From contig OX597816.1 in NCBI GenBank assembly GCA_951406725.2, forward strand, positions 80,972,001 through 81,036,000: a DNA stretch of 64,000 bases. The letters are read 5' to 3'. The DNA is from Octopus vulgaris (taxonomy: Eukaryota). The notes under the pieces were generated by a model. It did not search any database, was not told the DNA's origin, and saw nothing but the letters and a program-made list of their open reading frames with translations. The position numbers were made by a program, and so were the translations under genes. Shown one piece after another: positions 56,175 through 64,000 of the stretch (position 1 is its first letter; each line of letters begins with the position of its first letter).

Positions 56175-57491
56175 TATGTATGTATGTTATATAATATTAT
56201 ATTTATAATTATTTTATATATTAAATTATATTATTTTATATATTATATTTCTACATTTTGTTTGTTTTTCGTCTGTTAATATAGTTCAATATGATACGTT
56301 TTCCTAGATTCGTAAATACTATCACTATACATCTGAGAAACTACCGTCACGTTAATACATTACATAATTGTTATTTGAATTATTGTTGGGTTGCTAAGGC
56401 AGAGAGACATTAACGAACGAATCAATCCTTCGTTTGTATCATGGCATTGGCGTTAACATGTATTTATTGACAAGATAAGCGAAGACCCGTAGCTTTCAAC
56501 GTGAAGCAAGAAGTTATCGGTTGTAAGGCTATAAAATTAACTACTGGTCCGATGGCTTGCAATACAAAATCCAGTCCCGCCGGCGGAAAAACAAATCTAT
56601 CTCGTGGAGATTACTATCCTATCCGTTAAAACCAGATAAAACTAGCAACCTAGTGAACCAGAATAGTTATTTAGTGGTAATAAGATTTAATCCTGGGCAA
56701 TTTTTTAAATGATTACTTTCTGTCGAAGGTAAGAAAATATTAGTTAATTACATACATAATCAATACAAAAACAGATCAATAGATTGATCAGGCTTTTAAA
56801 ACGATATTTTCTTTGTTTTTTTATCTTATTTTATTTATTTATTTTTTTTAGCTATAATATAATAAAATTTTCTCTGTTTATTGTGTGTGCGGGTGGGTTA
56901 AATGTTTTCATAAATTATAAAGTTTTATTGATTCGTTTCTGCTCCAGTAGTATGTCTGTTCAGACATGTTGTAAACACTGACAAGAAGTTATTCATATGA
57001 TTTAGTTGAGGGGTATTGCATTGCTTGCTAGCAGACAAGCTAATAAAATAAATGTACCTTACTTAGCAATAAACGAAATAAAATGGAAGAAAAATAAACG
57101 GTTTTATTTTACAAACTAGTTCTTTGATACGTTTGGGCTATTTTTTTTATATATATATTTTATTTAATGTGGTTGGCCGTGTATGCATTTAAGTACGCAT
57201 ATATGTCTGTAAAATATGTTTTATCTCTTTATAGAATTTGGTATTGTGTGGTATATGGTGTGTGTTTGCATAGGTTTGTAAGTATTTAGGAATGTATCAA
57301 CTTGATATATGTATTTGTAACACTTTATATACTTTGGTGAGTTAATGTAATTGTATGCGTAGTTTTGTGTGTGTAATATGTTTGTAGCTTTTACAAAATT
57401 TTTCATGTGTTACTGTAGTTGCATCTGTGATTATTTCCAGACTCCCCCCACGCACACTTAGGAGCACGGGTGTATTCACACACACACACAT

Positions 57492-57552
<61 letters not shown>

Positions 57553-57911
57553 AATACGCCTATACAGACATACGTACGTACGTATGTATGTATGTATGTA
57601 TGTATGTCCTATAAATCGATCGAGTTTTCGGTCATAAAACATTTTTAAATACCGGCTTACTAAGACGGTACTTTGTGTGTGTGTGTGTTTGTGCGCGCGT
57701 GCGTAAGTGCCTGCATGTGTAATATTTCTTTACATCTATATTTGTGCGTATATGTAACATATTTACCACACGCTACTGCATTTGATATGTTTAATGCTCA
57801 CGTGTTTGAGTTGCGTCTATAAATATTATAACTCTTTTGTCTATTTTGTGTGCTTAATATTCGAGTATTTATAGCACATTTTGTGGGTTAATTTAGTGTG
57901 TTAATACAAAG

Positions 57912-57989
<78 letters not shown>

Positions 57990-60142
57990 CGTTCTTGTGT
58001 AAATGAAGTGTAATATCTACTAAGGTTTGATGTATTCGCTGTCTATTATTGGGACAGCAGTTTATGTATTATTATGCACCAGTACCATCCATATTGCAAA
58101 TCACCCAGAAAGAGTTAGCGCAATAGTTTTCCCCCCATTTGTTTGCTTGACTGCTTGTATGAGTACCAGATTTGATATGTAAGAATATATTGAAGAGAAT
58201 TTCTTATTTATGAGAGGAAGATTTGGCAAAATAATCATCTTTAGCAAGTTATTTCGATGTCAATAACGCGACCCAGCTATATTCAAAATGTCATAGATTT
58301 TGTGAATTGTACAGGTTATGTAAAAGAAAACATTATAACAGTAGGTAAATAGCGACGCATTTTGCTTCAGATAATAAAAGTCTCTTGAATGCATGTTAAG
58401 ATTGGAATTACTGCAATTCTGTTCAGTGTGAACACTTGAAGACTGATGTGGAATGAAATCGAAGACTGAAATTGAAGACCTATGTCGAATGATGTCAAAA
58501 AAAGAACAAAATTCTAGTTTAAGGGAAGAAAATTAGGATATTATAAAAGGTGGGACAGTAGAAGTGAAGGAAAGACTTATGATGAGTTCACCAAATTGGC
58601 TTAGGCAGAGGAAGTAGCATAACCCGAAGGGTGAGAGAGTCACAAAGGAAGAGATAACGTGGCCTATTCTTCTCCAGGCTATAGAAACAGACGGAGTTGA
58701 ACATTCTACTTCAAAGTAACAAAATACTGGTCTGTTAACGTTTATTGAGAAAACCACATGACAAAGGCATTCACGCCATAGCCATTCAATCACCTTTTTA
58801 GATGATGGCCACATAATTCAATGTGCCCCTTTGCTAAGGAATTTGTATATAAATTAAGAGAAATTAACTAATTGTTTCTAGTATGTAGAAGCTCCTTCGT
58901 TATTTATTGTACTGCTTAAGAAGTTTCCATTTAAATTGAGAAATATAACGCGAAAATGGCAGACATACACCATATACACCCTATACTAATGTACTTTTGT
59001 TAATGATAGCTGTAGAGAAACAAACAGTGAAATAGTCATGAACCCAGAGAGAGAGGGGGAAGAGAAAGAGAGAGAGAAATGGAGAGAAAGAGAGAGAGAA
59101 AGGGAGAGAATGATAGAATAAGAAAAGAGCTATTGAAGTAGCAATATACAAGTTATACGATGCTTCAGCAACATTTTAAGCTGGTTTGTGGCCTAGTGCC
59201 AATGCCAGACAATATATATTTTAAACTGCCTGAATTGGCCAATATTGCAGGAGAACCTTGAACGCTCAATTAAATGCATTTCTTTATGCGACATCCTTCT
59301 CGTCTCAGTACAGTACAGTTCAAGTAGTAGGGTTGATATAAAGGACAGTTCCATTCCAAAAATATATGACCTCGTGTCTGTGTTACAAATGATTATGAAA
59401 TTATGCTCATTTTAAACTGATATTTCCTGCGGTCTGTTCTGTTTTTCATTCCTCGTGCTCCATGTCCGATCGAAGAAGCAGCCCAGTATAATGAACTCGA
59501 ATCCACCAACTTGAACTACATCTCCAGCAAATATAGATTTTTGCCTTCACCACAAATTACAGTGGATTGATATGGCTGAGTACTTAACCTCAGAAGGATG
59601 TGAGATCTGAGTTCAGAAATTAAAGTGACGCAACAAAAGAAGCCTACACCTGTAATTTTATCCGACGTTTTACGGAATCCGTCAATCCACCAGAAAATGC
59701 TAAATCCCGTACCATAAATCCCGTAATATAAATGGAACATGTATGTCTGTAGAACAATAGGTATCCCCGATCGGAGGTATACTTATAGCCGTTATACCAA
59801 CCAAGCATGAACGTCACGGATTCCCATTCTGCTTGCTCTCTCTTTCTCCCTCTCTCTCTCACACACACACACACATACATACATGCGCGCGCGCATAGAG
59901 ACATTCGTAATAAGGCAAACAGTAACCAATGCTTGAAGCAACTGGGTTTTATCTCAAAAGTTTTCTGTGCTTTACTTTGTCTATTTCCATTTGAGATTGC
60001 TTCTTTTTTTTTTTTTATTTATATTTCTGTGTTTCTTCTAACAGGAATGCTTTCTATATAACAGACTATAAATGTCAAACGAAATTTGAATTCGTTGTTA
60101 GAATAGAGTACGTCAAGGATTTAAAGGGATTTGGTGGGGGTA

Positions 60143-60163
60143 GAAAGGAAGGAAGAAAGGAAA

Positions 60164-60248
<85 letters not shown>

Positions 60249-60254
60249 AGGAAA

Positions 60255-60296
<42 letters not shown>
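60143..60296. repeat. (GAAA)n microsatellite
   Basis: Directly visible. Confidence 0.95.
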
Positions 60297-61589
60297 GGAT
60301 AGAGAATGAAACGAGAAGATGAGCGAAATCAAAACGTACAAGTTGAAGACAAGATTGGGGAAACTAGTCGAAATAAAAATTCATAGCTTCAGTTCACTCA
60401 CAAACACAGACTTTCATTGACTTTTGTAAGAAATACATCAAACAAGAGAATGACACTATATTTATTATTCAACGACTAGCAATGAATCTGATTTATAAAG
60501 ACAATTGTAAATGTATTGAATCGTGTTCAGACGACACTCAGATAAGATCAGAGGCGGAGAACTACACTGATTTGATACGGATCTGAAAGTCATACATTAG
60601 GTGTGTTTTAACAAGCCGTTTTCCCTTTTGACATTATTTCCTCATTTCTTATACACACACACACACACACACAAATACATATGTTTATATAACGTGCGTT
60701 TATGCACGCATATATAGTATCGCATAGCATAGATGAATCGGACAGACACTCGAAAACAGAGACGTTGTCATGTATATCAGCGAAATAGAAATACAGACAT
60801 TAATATTTCACACAAACACGTGTTTCTAATTGCAGCACAACATTAAAACAGACAGGTATTGTTCTTACTATAATGACTTCTAAGTAGACGTAGTAGTTTA
60901 AGAAGTTACAGTAGAAGAACACGGAATTGTGGAATTCTTATAAATGTCTCTTTTGCAAGTAAAAGAAATAAAATGGGTGTATGTTTGTGTGTGATGCTCT
61001 TTGTTGCGTATGAGTGCGTGGATGTGAGAAGACATAGCGTATGGTTTGTATGGTACGAATATGAAAGTGATGCTTTGAATGCTGGCTTATGAACTGTGAC
61101 TGTGTGTATTGTGTTTTGTTGTGTATGTATGCATGGTAGCGAAAGATTGTAAGGTCTGGTGGATGCCTAACAGTGTAGAAGTTTGCAGTTTCGGTAAATT
61201 GCAGGCGGCAGTTCAAAACGAGCTGTTGTTCCCTGAGGAAGTGGGAGATCAGTGTTCAGAGATAAGCCAGAAACCGATGGGTGTTGGACAGAGTAATAGA
61301 TAGAGTGAAAAACTGAGTCACAGGTGACTGGTTGATTTGAATGTTTCAAAGGTATTATGCAAACTTGCCCGAAAATCAGCTGTGCGTTTTGTAATCACGT
61401 GGTTTAAAACTAGACCAGAATAGCTCCCATAACGATTATTTTCCATTATAACCCTCCGGATTTATAGCATTGCGAGTGAAATTATCCAGAAACATGTATA
61501 TATATATATATTCAAACACACATGTACATACATTATATATATGCATAAATATACACATATATACATTGTGTGTGTGTGTGTATGTGTGT

Positions 61590-61820
61590 GAGCGCATGGC
61601 CTAGTGGTTGGGGTGTTGCACTCGTGATCTAGCGATTGTGACTTCAATTCCTAAACTTCAATTCGTAGACGCGTGGCACGCAGTGCACCTGTTCAGGCAA
61701 CGTTAAGAGAGTGAGCTAATATGCACCATAAACATTTGATCACGATAAACAAGTTATTTGAGCAAGTCGTTCGGCAAAAAGCTGAACGTCATATGTCGTT
61801 TTTGACGGGGAAGTCCATCG
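61590..61820 (+). mobile_element. tRNA-derived SINE, third family (partly deleted)
   Basis: GCGCATGGCCTAGTGGTT (A box) ... CTTCAATTCC (B-box-like), then unique body, between CA/TA microsatellites. Confidence 0.55.
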
Positions 61821-61855
61821 TATATATATATGCACACACACACACACACACACAT

Positions 61856-61925
<70 letters not shown>

Positions 61926-63406
61926 GCATATATACACTGTTGCTATTTTCATCCACTTTTAAGGAACATAGCTGAATACATAAAATCAAATATATTACGA
62001 AGGTTCAAATATCTTAATCTTGGCAATATATACATATGTGTATATATTTTTGTACGTGACTGTGCGTGTGTACATACATGCATACCCACATATGTACATT
62101 CGTATGTATATATAAGTCTGTGTGCATTTTCGTACTAAATGATGTTTATTACAGAATTAAATGTGTGACCAATATTCGACATTTAACAATTAAATTACAG
62201 ATCGGCAATGCACTTGAGCATACATACGGATAATTCTATGTGAGCGAATATATTTATACAGATGCCTTTATATAAATGAGTCACGGGCGACATCATTGGA
62301 AAGGCCATAGTTGTCTAGTGAATGACTGACAATTCAATTTGTATAATTAATTACTTAATTAATTAAATTATATATCTATGTGTGGGTAAGTGAAGCTGTG
62401 TGCGTGGCCTTTCTCAGGAGTTTTGATATATATATCTTGAGAGATATCATAGCATAAGAGAAGCGAAAGTATTTCAAACGGAACAGAAAAGTGGTCTGTG
62501 ATGACAGTTCACCTTTGAACTATTATGATGCATGCTCTACATTGCCTTTTCTCTGGGCAATCCCTTTTAGAGAGAAAGGAATATTGAAAGAAAGATTGTG
62601 TGTACGTGTAAAAATGTATGTGAGAATGTATGTCTGTATACTGTATTGGCAGTAGTATGCGGTGTTACAGATATATATAAATGTGACGGCAGAGTATACA
62701 AAACTACACACCGTCAGAATCCCACAGTTGAGCGTGTATTTGGGTTTTTATTGTACCGTGGTTATTTGCAGAGATTGACAGTGGACTAAATCAACATCAA
62801 TATGTGACATGGAAGGGAGAATGATTTGAACTAAGAACGTAAAAAACTTAAGCAAACGATGCAAGATATTTTGTCTGATGCTCTAACGATTCTAGCAAAT
62901 CAACACCTACGCATCCTTCAGAGCTACTGCCATATAATTTGAACTTTATACTGAATTTTAAAAAAATACTACAATCAAATCGATTATCTTACTTTCACAT
63001 GAACTGCGACGTAATTTGCTACCATGACTCTCATCTAAAATCTTACAAAAAGAATAAACATTGAATAATGTAGTTCTCCATATATATATTAATACCAAGA
63101 AAAGAGTTTAACTAGTTTCCATGCTTTTGAACATAAGCCTGATGGGTCATGACTGTTTCTGGACAAAGCAACAATAAACATACAGCAATGACTAAGCGTC
63201 TATGCGATAGTTAGACATGGTCGAAATAGCAGCCCTATTCATTTCAGGTCGCAGTGTACCGTCTTAAAAATGGAAGAATACATTATCTGAATAAAGGACC
63301 TTTGTGAACACTTGTTACTAGTGTGTATTTCTTGCATTGCTCCTTTATCATACACATAAGTATAAAAAATAAATGTGTGTATATGTTTACATACACACAC
63401 ACACAC

Positions 63407-63461
<55 letters not shown>

Positions 63462-63470
63462 TTTATTTAT

Positions 63471-63674
63471 TACGAGAGGGTGCTGAAAAGTTTCTAGCTT
63501 TGGGTAAAAGAAAATACAGGAGGATCAGTTAATTATGGCTTATTCAACATATCCCCCTGTCACATTCATTTACTTATTGCAGTTCTTCAGTTTTTCTAAG
63601 CGCTGTAAAAGAAGTCGGGAAATTGGGTCTCCGACCAGGCCTTTCCCGATACCCTTAAGCTAGGAACTTTTCAG
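63471..63674. mobile_element. Mariner/Tc1-type MITE (~200 bp), right TIR truncated
   Basis: TA+CGAGAGGGTGCTGAAAAGTTTCTAGCTT at the left; AAGCTAGGAACTTTTCAG at the right is its reverse complement (17/18); no coding capacity. Confidence 0.75.
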
Positions 63675-64000
63675 TATATATACATATATGCAGATATGTA
63701 TATGTACATACATATATGCATATATATATATATATGTGTGTGTATGTGTGTGTGCGCGCGGGCGGGCATATGCATACGTATATAGCTATTTAATTTGATA
63801 CTAAATAGGATTCTTATTTTAAACATTAACATTTTAAAGAAGCCAGTTGCTCAAGTTTTGAAAATAAAAACCTACTGTAGGAAGCAACCATACAAAGTAT
63901 GTTACTTATGAACTGCTACAGTGATTTGACAGAGATTTTATAGCGTTGGATAGACTACCGAGATCAGTGTTGCATTTTGTCCTTCCGATTTCGATAAACA

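Overview
Eukaryotic, AT-rich, microsatellite-saturated DNA with no convincing cellular protein-coding gene. Almost every ORF in the six-frame track is a translation of (TA)n, (CA)n, (TACA)n, (GATA)n or (GAAA)n. The SINE families and repeat density point to an octopus-type (coleoid cephalopod) genome, probably intronic or intergenic; this is an inference from recalled repeat sequences, not a search. Supported content: many copies of two or three tRNA-derived SINE families, several with target-site duplications; decayed R4/Dong-like (RT + zinc knuckle + REL endonuclease) non-LTR retrotransposon fragments sitting in microsatellites; an internally deleted mariner with intact TIRs, and a mariner-type MITE; and a Penelope-like GIY-YIG fragment. 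The most interesting signals are: (i) a near-canonical minimal type I hammerhead ribozyme with a palindromic stem III (49682-49737), inside a ~205-bp inverted repeat that carries a second, mutated copy on the opposite strand, plus several decayed hammerhead-like motifs elsewhere; (ii) two ~1.25-kb fold-back inverted repeats (11730-12990, 25131-26365) and several short perfect hairpins that would form dsRNA if transcribed; (iii) a candidate 18-nt microexon at 44405-44422. All alignments and identities were done by eye, so boundaries are approximate unless stated.
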